Positions 54,001 to 64,000 of a DNA stretch of 64,000 nt are shown piece after piece. The translations under genes and the position numbers were made by a program. Each line of letters begins with the position of its first letter. Within the stretch, counting starts at the first letter, position 1. The stretch lies in assembly GCA_964247055.1 (NCBI GenBank), contig OZ176051.1, positions 13,082,001 to 13,146,000 on the forward strand, given 5' to 3'. The notes beneath the pieces are model-generated. The model was not told the DNA's origin, did not search any database, and was given only the letters and a program-made list of their open reading frames with translations. The stretch is from Paragordius varius (Eukaryota > Animalia > Nematomorpha).

Positions 54001-57000
54001 AATATTTCGGCTTATTTATATAATTTTTATTGGGATAGAAGCATAAATTTAAATTGGGGCCGTTTCTTTCAGTAGTTTTTTAAAAACATATACTAAAATA
54101 TTGTCTAGGGTATTTAGATACCCCGATATGAATCGAAGTGTTAAGGCGCACATCATATATTTTTGGCACATTTCAAATTGAATATTTAGTTTGAATATAC
54201 ATTTGGGATTTACTAGCCAATTTTGAATAATACTATATTTGCTTTGTATACAAAAATTCCCTCTTAATATTTTGGGTTTTTATCAAATTATTATGTAAAT
54301 ATCATAAAAAATTTCTAATAGTGTTGGTATTTATATTATGTGAAGAAATTTAAAAGCATTCTGCTTAATCTAATTAGGTTACTTAAAATCAGCTAGGTGT
54401 CTTTCATGTGAATTTGGATTATTAAAGATAAACTTACCTAACTCTTTAACAGAATTCTTTGAGGCTGTACCAAATGCTGTCAAATATATACCAAAAGCAA
54501 GCTGACCGAAAATTGAAATTAGTTTAATAATACAATTAAAACTATCGATCTTTTGACATATAATCTAATTTAAGTGCCGTTGTCATTATAAACCAATTCC
54601 TAAAGCGGATCCTTTCTATAATTTTGTAAAAATTCATATCAAGTACCAAAAAGGGATATTAATGATTTATGCACGAAATTTTGATACATAGATATTATTG
54701 TAACTAAGAAGCCTTGGTAATATAAAATATAATGCCGGTTTTTGAAAAATCTAAGGGTTAAGCCTCCGAAGAAGTTTTAAAACGATATAAAATTTGCTAA
54801 AAGTCCCAAACACATAAAACATGTTTTATTATAAAATGCGACAATTAATTAGACGATGAGAAACGTAATGGAATTAAAACAACGATAAGTTAATAAACTT
54901 TCTCAATTTAAAACACTAACATTGATCTCCAATTTTCAAGGGGGCTGTTAAACGCTTGCATATATCACGATCTGATATAGATTGTAAATACTTTTTATAT
55001 TCGTCTGGGCCAAGGGACAAACATTCATTTTTACTCCGTGATAAGAGAACTAAAAAAATTTAAATAATTTATTTATCATAATCATGTAAAAATAATATAT
55101 TATACTTCAAGAGTGTCCTTGAACACTTAAAGTTTTAAACATTTCAAGTTGGCCCTTGAACACTTCAAGTTGGTCCTTAAAATTAAGTTTTAACCATAAA
55201 TTTACCTTGTATTTATTTATTTATTAATTTTTAACCTAATTTTCTAAATATATTATTCATTATAAATGTTTTCAACGAACTTTAATTAATAACTAAGACT
55301 TTTATTTTTTTCAAATATGTTGAAATCTTATTAAAATTAATATATTTAATAAAAATACACAGTATCTGAATGATCAAAAGTGAATTTAAAATATAATAGG
55401 TTAAAATCATAAAATAGATGAATACTACACGATATAATTGATAAAAGTTTTAAAAACACAAAAAAGTGAAAGGACCAACTTCAAGTGTTCAAGGACCATA
55501 AAGTCTTCAAGGACCAACTTAAAGTTTTCAAGACACTCTTGAAGTGCGAATGGTATAAAATATCCACAAATATATCTCATAATTCCCTATCCAACACGTT
55601 TAATAAAATTGTTAAACTAACCAATGTTTTAATTGAAACAGACAGGATATTTAACTCTAATATAACCGTCTTCAAGCTAGAGTATTAAATTTTGGAATAT
55701 TAATTTTGTTTTAACAAGTATAATTTTTTTGCCTTCCACGTATGGCGAAAGTTTATGATTAAGGATAGGATAGTAACAATATAGGAAAAAGCGTAAATAA
55801 ATTTTATTTGTAAATATGTAGCAGGATTTTAAACGCAAAACATTAACAAAACGATTTTTAAGAAGGTCTTTAAATGACTTATGCGAATTAAAGCTGAAAA
55901 CAATATGGCGTTGAACCTAAATACTTGATATTATACTGTTAAAGTTTTTTTTATTTTATGATATATTTATTATTTAAATTTAGGCAATATATACGCTCAA
56001 AAATGATAATAATTTGCAACAAAACAGAGATAGCGTGAATTTTTTACAAAACATTCAACATATATATTATAAAAACTTTTTCTATATTGTTTGCAGAAAA
56101 ACATTTATTTTATCACCTCAGTTATTGAATAAGTTTTTTATGCCCGCCGGATCAATAGCCAAAATATTAAATCCCAATATTCCAAAATCTCCTAAAATCA
56201 AATGATATGTTGTTTTCTCCATCGAATTGTTTGAATATTTTTAATATACCTAATGGGTGGTTTGTAAAACTTATAAGCTACTTCCGCTTTGGTTTAATTA
56301 ATCGAAAAATGAACGCAATATTGGGATAATTATCTTTATGGTAAATAAATGATAATTAATAACAAGTTTTCTTTATTGAATTTGACGCCAAATTGCGTTT
56401 AGCTTTGATTCGTTTAAAACCTCGAAGAGCCTTTTGATAATAATAAGCGTTTAGAGTTATTCGCGGATGGTACATGTTAACAAATATAATTTAGTTATCG
56501 TGATTTCTCACATTGTATAAAATATTTGACATAATGTGTACCACAGACATGTGATTTTTTGATTATGACTAGTAGCCAAAAATTTCTAGATTTTTAACCG
56601 CCATTATTTTACTATTCATTATCCTGAATTTAGTTAACCAATGATATATTAATGGTAACAATTATTTTTTGCTCACCGCGTTATAATAAATTATTTCACA
56701 TAGATTTTATTAGAATGAATATATACCTGAATGATTTGGACAATATTTTAGATAGGTTCTCCTTCTATAATTTTCATCAATTATAACAATCGATGCCATG
56801 GATGTATAAGCATTTATGTATTTCTTAAGTTGGCGAGCTTGATCATAAATTTTGCCATCATTTATGGTTTTATGTGATTCGTCCGATATTTTAGAGGGTG
56901 AATTATTTATATAATCCATTTGTACTAATTTATTATACTTCTTTATATCTTGGGACACGTGATCTAACAAATTAACTATGTGACCCAATTGATTATTGGA

Positions 57001-60000
57001 AAAAATATCAAGGATAACATCATTCCTTAGTATAAAAGGATTCGTTCCAGATACTTCAAACCATTTACTTAAAAAATTTATGATTTGTACCTTTTTTTTA
57101 TCCATATAAACCGCATCCATGTTTGATGAATTTGGTAGGGGCGATAATGAGGATTGAGAATTATTGATAAAAATTTTTTGGTTACTGATATTATTGTTAT
57201 ATAGCGCATTGTTATAATTATGATCTGGTTCACCTTTGGAATACACATTCCATAAATAATCACAAAAGGTTTGATAACTCATAAAAATTAGCGAGCAAAT
57301 AATGAAATCTTCGAAAAACGTATCATTTCTGTAGGCGGTTAAAGACATTCTTCGTGTACCATCTATTGTAGGGTTACTATATAAAGGATATTTTTTTGTA
57401 GTTTTATTTTGTATTTTATATCTTTCTGGGCAATCGAATTGAGTGCTATTATTTTTTCCAGCACCTAATGTCTGATTATTTTTTATTGAAATGCGTCGTT
57501 TATTCCCCGATTCATGATCCCCAGCGTTTATAGAGTATTGTTTAAATAAATTTCTCGGAGACTTGGAATAATTTACAGACAGACTACTTCGATTAGGTGT
57601 TTTTGCTTTTTTTGAAAAAGTTTTTTCCATATTGCTCTGAAAATTTGTCAATTTAGTTTGGAACAAATAATCAAACATCTTTGTTGAGGTTCCTGCAATC
57701 ACTAGATATCTAAACAACATAAAATATAACATTATATGTATTTTAAGTTATAACCATATATTAGCTTCATGGGTTTTTATCTTAATAATTAGGCAACTAC
57801 AAATTACTTACTTGTAAGAATATTTTGTTCTGCTTGCAACATAAGCCTTTTCTTCTAAAAGGTTTGATTTTTTATTTGCTGTTAAAGTTCTGGATGATGT
57901 GTTGTATCCCTTTGTTGTGGGATAATCATATAAATAATTATTAGGATCCCCTAATATGGGCTGGTTTGTTTTAAAATCTGATCTTCGTTGTCCCAATGAT
58001 AGGGTACTCAACGCTAAATTTTTTATATTTTGTTTAATCATTGAATTTCTAGGTTTTACATCGATATTATCTAAAAGCGCATTCGGATGGGCGAGATGAC
58101 AAGTCAATGATGAATGTGATGTGCTATTAGTGTCATAAGAATTAAGGTGGGTTCCATTTATTTTCAGTGAATTTCGGTGCGAATCTGACAAACTACTGTG
58201 TCTCCTGTTGGGAGAATCTTTCTCATTTCCGAAATAGGGGTCTAAAAGAGAAGGACTCGCTATTGTTTTTTTTGGTAATACCTTAGGCCTAAGGCTGCTA
58301 CTCTTATCACTTAAATCGACATTTTTGGATGGATTATTTAATATTTCGTCTTCAAATGTTTTTTTAGCGGTTTTGAAAGAGGAATATGGTTTTTGTATAA
58401 TATTACTACTATTTTGTGCAGTGTCCAATTTCCTAATTATTGTTGGTTGTTTATAATGGAGGTAATCAACATTTGTATCCTCCCCACGCGTCATAGTATT
58501 ATAGCATCCTAAATTAATCGACTTTATACGCTTAAAAAAAGTTTTTATTGTGGATGGGGCAGCATCCTGAACCTTTATATTGTTTTGTGATTCCATAGAT
58601 TTTTTCAAGTTTTCATTATCAAGAAACCAGTAACAGAAATAATCCGGTTTCTTCGACATGATTGTCGATAAGCTTTTAGTTGCCTGCGCAAAATAATCAT
58701 ATTCGGGTCGTATGGATGGACTTACCGCTCCGTTCATCACATTATAACCATTATTATCAAGTGTGAGAGGCATTGTTTCTTCTACCTTAACCTTTTCTAA
58801 AATAAGAACATCGATATCGTGTTCTTTAAGCCTTACCGTATTAGCTTCAATATCTTTCAATATAATATCATAATCATCTTTGTTAACGCGCAAAAGCACG
58901 CATTCCCCTTCATCAGATATAACTATAGAAGCCGTTCTTGGTGCATCATTGATCAAAGCTAATTTTCCAAAATCTTCGCCTTCCTTAAGTGAACACACTA
59001 CACCCTATGAAATAGAAATATGGGTAAGTTTTCTTTCAAATCAATAATATTGAATATATAATTGGTATAATCTAACGACAAACATAGCTAATTTCCAGAA
59101 ACCAAAACCCATACGATTGGATAAAATTATTTAATTTTTAGAAAATATAGTAAAACAGCCTACTGCTTGAGGGCTATCGATTTAAATAAAATATTTATTA
59201 TTAGACTAACACAAATAATTACAAATGTTTATAAATACAAATAAGTGATATAAAAGAATGAAACATAAATTCTTGAACCAAAAATAATCGTTTTAGACAA
59301 ATTTCATGTAATGCGGCTCCACTTCTCAAAATTACTTTGAGAACCGATAAGTAAGAAAATTTATATTATTTTTCCGGTCAAGAAACTTTTTTTTATTTAA
59401 TTAAATAGTTGCCACTTTTTCCTTTTTTTCAAAGGTAAGAACTTAATTTATATTAGCTATTGTGAAAGCTTTAACAGTTTCCTGCCCAGGTCGATAGTGA
59501 TTAAGAAAAAAACGTTGAGTTTCGGTTTCTAATTCATCCACTGGCAAGCAGTACGAAAATCCGACCCCCTACCTATTATACTAATACGCCTTAATGTTTT
59601 TTATGCATATGATAATTATCGTAAATAATATTTTATGATTTTTGTATTTTCGGAAAGATTTTAAACGAATAGCCATGAAAATAAAAATTGGTAAAATTTC
59701 AAATAAGTGACGATGGCAATCATTCAGGAAATTTACTTTATTAAGTGTTTGAGTCGCATTATGGCATAATGTCACATTTAGTAATTTTGCAACTTTTCAC
59801 AATTTCAAAAAAATTAAGGACTACAGTTATATGCTTGCATATAATGCATTAAACAAATGATCGTTATTTGGAATTTGTAGAAAAATTTATTATTATAATT
59901 TGAATAATAGGATCATAAAAATAAATGTTAGATGCAACATATAACTCATAAAGTTTTTATGTAGAATTTTGACAAAGATTAATATCGGGTCAAAATTATA

Positions 60001-61633
60001 GAGTTCTGTGTATAATCTAATACCTTTTATATAAAGATTCGATATCTGGTCCACATTTTCAGGTTTTAATTCTTTTATGTTTAAATTAAAAAAGTAAATG
60101 TTGAAGTATATAGAAGAAATGGATAATATCTTTGGATTAAAAAATTTGGTTATTTTACTTTGTTATCTATAACAACATCTACATTGCCTTTCATGATGAC
60201 ATACCAAGAGGTCCCTTCATCTCCTTGATGAAATATATAGTATCCTTTGCAATCAATATACCTTTCCATGTATATCACAGAAGAAAGTTGACGCTTAACC
60301 GTTAAAGGAAATCCAGAAAGGGCAGAGAGATCAGCAATCTCTTGGTAAACTAATTCCAATTCATCCATACTACGTTCATTTGGGCTACAATATAATAAAT
60401 ATACAGAATTTGGATAGTTTTCCCCAAAAACTAAAGAATATTTACGTTTTGGTTAAGATGATTCGCATTAAGGCATCAATACCTAAATGAGCCAATATGT
60501 TAAGTGCAATCTCCAAATTAGCTTCGTTTATAAAATCATTGTTTAACATGTCACGATATTCTGTTACCTTAGTTGGGAAATTATCTATATTCATCACAGA
60601 ATCTTTAATATTATTATTGTTATTGACCATGTCTAAGCTGATACCATCTGAAGACGCTCCCGTTAACATTAGTAGTGAATGTGGGCTATATTTTTCTCCG
60701 TTTGCATCTTGTATATTTTTTTCGCTACATCTAAGAGGAATGGTCAAACTGAGTTTATGATGTTTTTTCAAATTAACTTTGATGCTATTCCGTTTTTCCC
60801 GAATACTTGCCCAATAAGATCTTGGTCGAGTTGGAGTATTAACGGATGAATTTTTCGATCCAGGATGACGATTACTACTTGTAATGAATTCATCAATAGA
60901 TGTAGTGTCAACATCATTTTTATCATTATTTTTTTGGGCATTTAGATCTTTTATATAATCATGAGATTCTCGACTAGATGGTGTATTAACCATGTTTGTG
61001 GGTGAAATAGGGACATCAGTGACTAGATTTGGACTGGACAGAGCATCTAAGTCAATTTTCTTTTCATGAAATGCATAAAATACGTCTTGGTTTTCAACAA
61101 ATTGATACTTAAAATGTGAGCTGTGGACCTCTAACGGATCAACTATAACAAAATATGAAAAAATTATGTTTATAGATTATATTTTGATATGAATTAATTT
61201 AACGATGTATGCTAATTTGAAACCAAATAATGTACTAACAATAATTTTGATACAAAAAAAACAAACATATTTTATATCGGGTAATGCGTTTAGGTTAGTC
61301 CTAAAATGCTATATAAATTACTATGCCATGGTATAAATTTGCGGTTAAAGTTAATAACAAGAGATCTAGCCATTGTGTATATATTGATAAAAATGATAAA
61401 ATACCAAGAAACAAATAGCCTTGTTCCAAAAGGACTTGAAGGATTCCGGAAGCCTCTAATCTAGAATCGATTACACATTTTTGGCCCAGTATCCAATCAA
61501 TTAGGGCAATGGAATTGTATGCCTTCATATTGCTTTCTTTCATAACTAAACGCTGGACATCATTTTTAAGTAAACTGCGATAAAGAATAAAGGATGCCCA
61601 GCTTATTTTGTAAAGGGCCTGTTTTTCATGCAT
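42030..61633 (-). CDS. Epac: Epac-type cAMP-regulated Rap guanine nucleotide exchange factor (RAPGEF3/4 family), about 1,478 aa from candidate ATG 61633
   Basis: Phase-consistent exons (minus) 61633-61405, 61142-60446, 60384-60159, 59004-57812, 57709-56727, 53227-52965, 52601-52482, 46894-46710, 46566-46476, 45481-45343, 42547-42480, 42447-42393, 42217-42030. DEP (LIDWILGQ...LQVLLEQG); cNMP ([50 protein letters not shown]); REM (KYLVIAGT, FEDFI); RA (IFKLY..TVKDLI); CDC25 ([57 protein letters not shown]). Start codon uncertain. Confidence 0.93.
42692..43368 (+). mobile_element. hAT/Buster deletion derivative retaining an N-terminal BED-like zinc finger relic
   Basis: Ends gggatgtcca / tggacatccctg; internal EWTENFF and [21 protein letters not shown] at ~42915-43026. 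Confidence 0.62.
43616..44983. mobile_element. Nested TE stack: hAT MITE interrupted by foldback element (43777-44865), itself interrupted by hAT MITE (44074-44367)
   Basis: The outer halves are colinear with the intact inner MITE; inner TIR caggggtggccaa/ttggacacccgtg with 6/8 TSD match (ttatattc/ttttagtc). Confidence 0.72.
47211..47353. mobile_element. Short hairpin MITE of the TATACCATTT-ended family
   Basis: tataccattttttcagtagaaagcaac ... tgctgctttcgactggaaaatggtata. Confidence 0.6.
47526..47861 (+). repeat. 5' LTR (336 bp)
   Basis: About 8 substitutions and two 2-bp indels versus 3' LTR (hand count); followed by candidate degenerate PBS ttgacgcggtcga. Confidence 0.93.
47903..48873 (+). 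pseudogene. gag: gag and protease (disrupted)
   Basis: [15 protein letters not shown]...CEF...[10 protein letters not shown]; two knuckles [13 protein letters not shown] and [14 protein letters not shown]; protease LFDTGAD; split by stops and frameshifts. Confidence 0.88.
48955..51696 (+). pseudogene. pol: pol: RT, RNase H, integrase (multiple stops and frameshifts, 181-nt insertion)
   Basis: [47 protein letters not shown]...[27 protein letters not shown]. Confidence 0.92.
51985..52320 (+). repeat. 3' LTR (336 bp)
   Basis: Direct repeat of 47526-47861, preceded by purine tract aaattagataggagata. Confidence 0.93.
52713..52888. mobile_element. hAT-type MITE
   Basis: gcggcccgcg near left end and gcgaggccatttgtgctgggcactcc right end, shared with 44074-44367 family. 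Confidence 0.5.
53575..54140. mobile_element. piggyBac-like non-autonomous element; second copy starts 63623 and runs off the window
   Basis: TTAA on both sides (53571-53574, 54141-54144); CACT..AGTG ends; internal inverted repeat at asymmetric spacing. Confidence 0.65.
55101..55556. mobile_element. Foldback-type MITE, relative of 16946-17492
   Basis: Inverted arms cttcaagagtgtccttgaacac / gacactcttgaag; right end aatggtata. Confidence 0.7.
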
Positions 61634-63469
61634 TGTATTAAAGCACTCAATCAATAGTTTTTGTGGTTAATATCAATGTTTCAAAATCATTATTGATATC
61701 ATGGAGATTTACTTGATTCAAATGACAAAGTTCTAAATTGGAATGGGATTAAATTTCACTGGTCTTTTTAAGCGGTGCAAGGATATATAAGCGTAACAAT
61801 GAGGATTATTAAATATTTATGAAACAAATTTGTGCAATCTGTAATTAGTTTATGTTGGTATGTTACTTCCTAATGTTCAGACCATGCACTGTAATTACCA
61901 TTCCTAAAATTATATTCACTATGAAATATGGATTCATTTCGCAATTTATACGCGAGAGAAGACTGAATGACAGCAGAATTTATCTTATTTTGCGTGATGC
62001 TTTCATAGGAATATTAATGAAGAGCTTAAGCGAAAAAAAAAATTTTACATACAAATAGTACGCATATAATTTTATCATATCTATCACATCTATATAAAAA
62101 TGTGGTGTCCAAAATTAAAAATTAAACCATATACATGTATATATATAAATGCTAAAAAATGGGATATCAGCACACTTACGATCTAAAATAAGCATTGAGT
62201 CCAATGATTTATTCTGTAAAATAAAAAAAATGAACAAAGTACTTATATAGATATGTTTTTTCCAGTGCTCTATTTACTTATTTATAAATATTATAATGGT
62301 TGCAAAATCGCATAAATGTATCTATATTATTTTAGCGCATATGTGGTATTAATAATAAAAAAATGTACTTTAATAGTCTATCAATAATAAATCTTATTCT
62401 ATGTTATAGTATCTATTTTTAAGGATATTTCACTTTTTAACCTTATCATTTTTGGTTGTATTATTGTGTTATTGCGTTTTGTCATTAATAAACACACCTG
62501 GAAAATGGGAAGGTTTATTCATTAGATGCCTGACACTATTATAAGGGTGTATAGCTTTATTGATTTTTAGGGTTTAGTTTTATTGGGAAAATCAGGTACG
62601 CTCTGTTTAAAATAATACTCTAGTGTTTTTTTGCCATAATTAAATGCATCAATTAACTGAACCTTAACTTTTGCACCGTTGAGGATTATTGAATTCAACA
62701 AAAACAACAACAATAAAAAAATGGTAAAAAAATATGAAATAATATATATAAATTTGATACAAATAAAATCCAAATAATGTTAGTTATATCTAAGGAAAAA
62801 GGAGTAAAATCGATATTGCATTGATACTTTTACTGTTTCATACACCAATTATGTAGCATCTATTATTATGAAGCTCTTACTATCAATAAAATATTTATAA
62901 TATTAATTCTAAGCATAACCTCATAAAGATAACAATTAACATATTATGTTCATCTAAATTAATGATTTGGTTTCTATCTATAATACATTCCTATGTGTCA
63001 TATATATTTCCTTTATCTTACGAAAATTTTTGATCATAGATTTGGTAAGGCGTATTATTTTTAATAAACTTTTAAATATTTATAACCACGTGCTGTCTAT
63101 TAGCAAATTTTGGTATTTTATATGTCCCCTTTGTATTTTTTCTGACAGAAGCTAGTAATACCAACTGTAAATTCAATCTTAATATTAAAATTAATCATTA
63201 AGCATAACAGAGTGTACTAGCGACTCAAAAATAACTAAATTTTATATTATATATATATATATATATAGTATGAGTATACATTGCTAGGGTATCAATTATT
63301 GCCAAATAGTAAAAACAACAAAGGGCAGTTTTATTGGATAATAATACTAATAAGTGAAAAAATAACTCAAAGCCAATAATACTGCCCTTTGTTTTATTTA
63401 CTATTTTGCAATAATTAATAACTTTCTAGCAATGTATACTTACTCATACTGTATATATATATACCTATA

Positions 63470-63510
<41 letters not shown>

Positions 63511-64000
63511 TGTTAGATATATGTACTCTCATGGACACTTTGGTTTAGGGTTGAATTAGTATTAAATCATAATAATTAAATATTATGTTACTTGTAATAG
63601 CACAAATTTAGTGCAAGTTTAACACTTGGATACAACACACTCATTTTAGTCCTCCGATTCAAATTGGGGTAGTTAAATACCCCAGGCCTGTTTAAAATTA
63701 AATTCTTTAAAAAATATAGAAGGAATCGATACCATGGCAAAATTTTGCACTCGTCTAACATTAATAAATCGAAATATATAAAAAATTTTATTCAAAAATA
63801 CTTGGTATTACTTATTTTAAGTTAAAACCGAAAGGTAAAAATTTCGTCAACGTGACATGTGTCAAATTGTAAAATTGAAAAATTATAAAAACTAAACCGT
63901 TTTTCTATTTCTATCAATGTTAGATGTAATTTATATAAAAAATTAGCTTTAGTTTTACCCTTAAAATTAAATGAACTCGATATTTTGCAAAAAATTTTAA

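Noticed and set aside
54438-56320. Candidate extra Epac exons (54438-54564, ~56118-56191, ~56250-56280) with in-frame stops hinting at recoding
   Set aside because: Exon 57709-56727 joins 53227-52965 directly in phase and gives the expected REM-RA spacing, so they are not needed. TAA terminates both the mucin and Epac models normally.
59440-59575. GC-richer minus-strand stretch ([22 protein letters not shown]...) in Epac intron
   Set aside because: Possibly a TE relic, but no diagnostic motif and not needed for the Epac frame.
61852-63155. ORFs 61852-62058, 62567-62773 and 62967-63155 as Epac 5' exons or new genes
   Set aside because: No recognisable motifs and no phase-consistent splice path that I could support.
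1-64000. tRNA, rRNA or snRNA genes
   Set aside because: No cloverleaf or conserved RNA motif recognised by eye; tRNAscan-SE and Infernal would be needed to exclude them.

Overview
This is very AT-rich animal-type genomic DNA with spliceosomal GT-AG introns from 24 nt to about 6.8 kb. The ORF track fragments or misreads most genes, so I rebuilt exon chains by hand from splice sites and reading-frame phase. Three host genes were found. (1) 1-27037 (+): the 3' part of a giant mucin-like gene, about 5,290 codons in the window, with no in-frame stop before TAA 27035-27037. Five long exons of (X-T-T-P-S-G)n alternate with a ~180-aa Cys-containing domain I cannot assign to a known family (7 full copies plus 1 partial). 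The four 5' units are near-identical tandem duplicates with 28-29 nt introns and a 15-nt micro-exon. (2) ~30442-41650 (+): an Ig I-set plus two ZP-N-like module gene; its 5' end is unresolved. (3) 42030-~61633 (-): an Epac/RAPGEF3-4 cAMP-regulated Rap GEF (DEP, cNMP-binding, REM, RA, CDC25) with about 600 aa of extra inserts. Introns hold many transposon relics: a decayed full-length Ty3/Gypsy element with 336-bp LTRs and a GTTAT target duplication, a hAT/Buster relic with a perfect 8-bp TSD, nested MITEs, piggyBac-like and Tc1-like non-autonomous elements, and a LINE RT relic. I recognised no tRNA, rRNA or CRISPR. The best candidate for something new is the mucin with its unassigned repeated domain. 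Species identity cannot be read from the sequence; a reduced animal parasite lineage is only a guess from the tiny introns.
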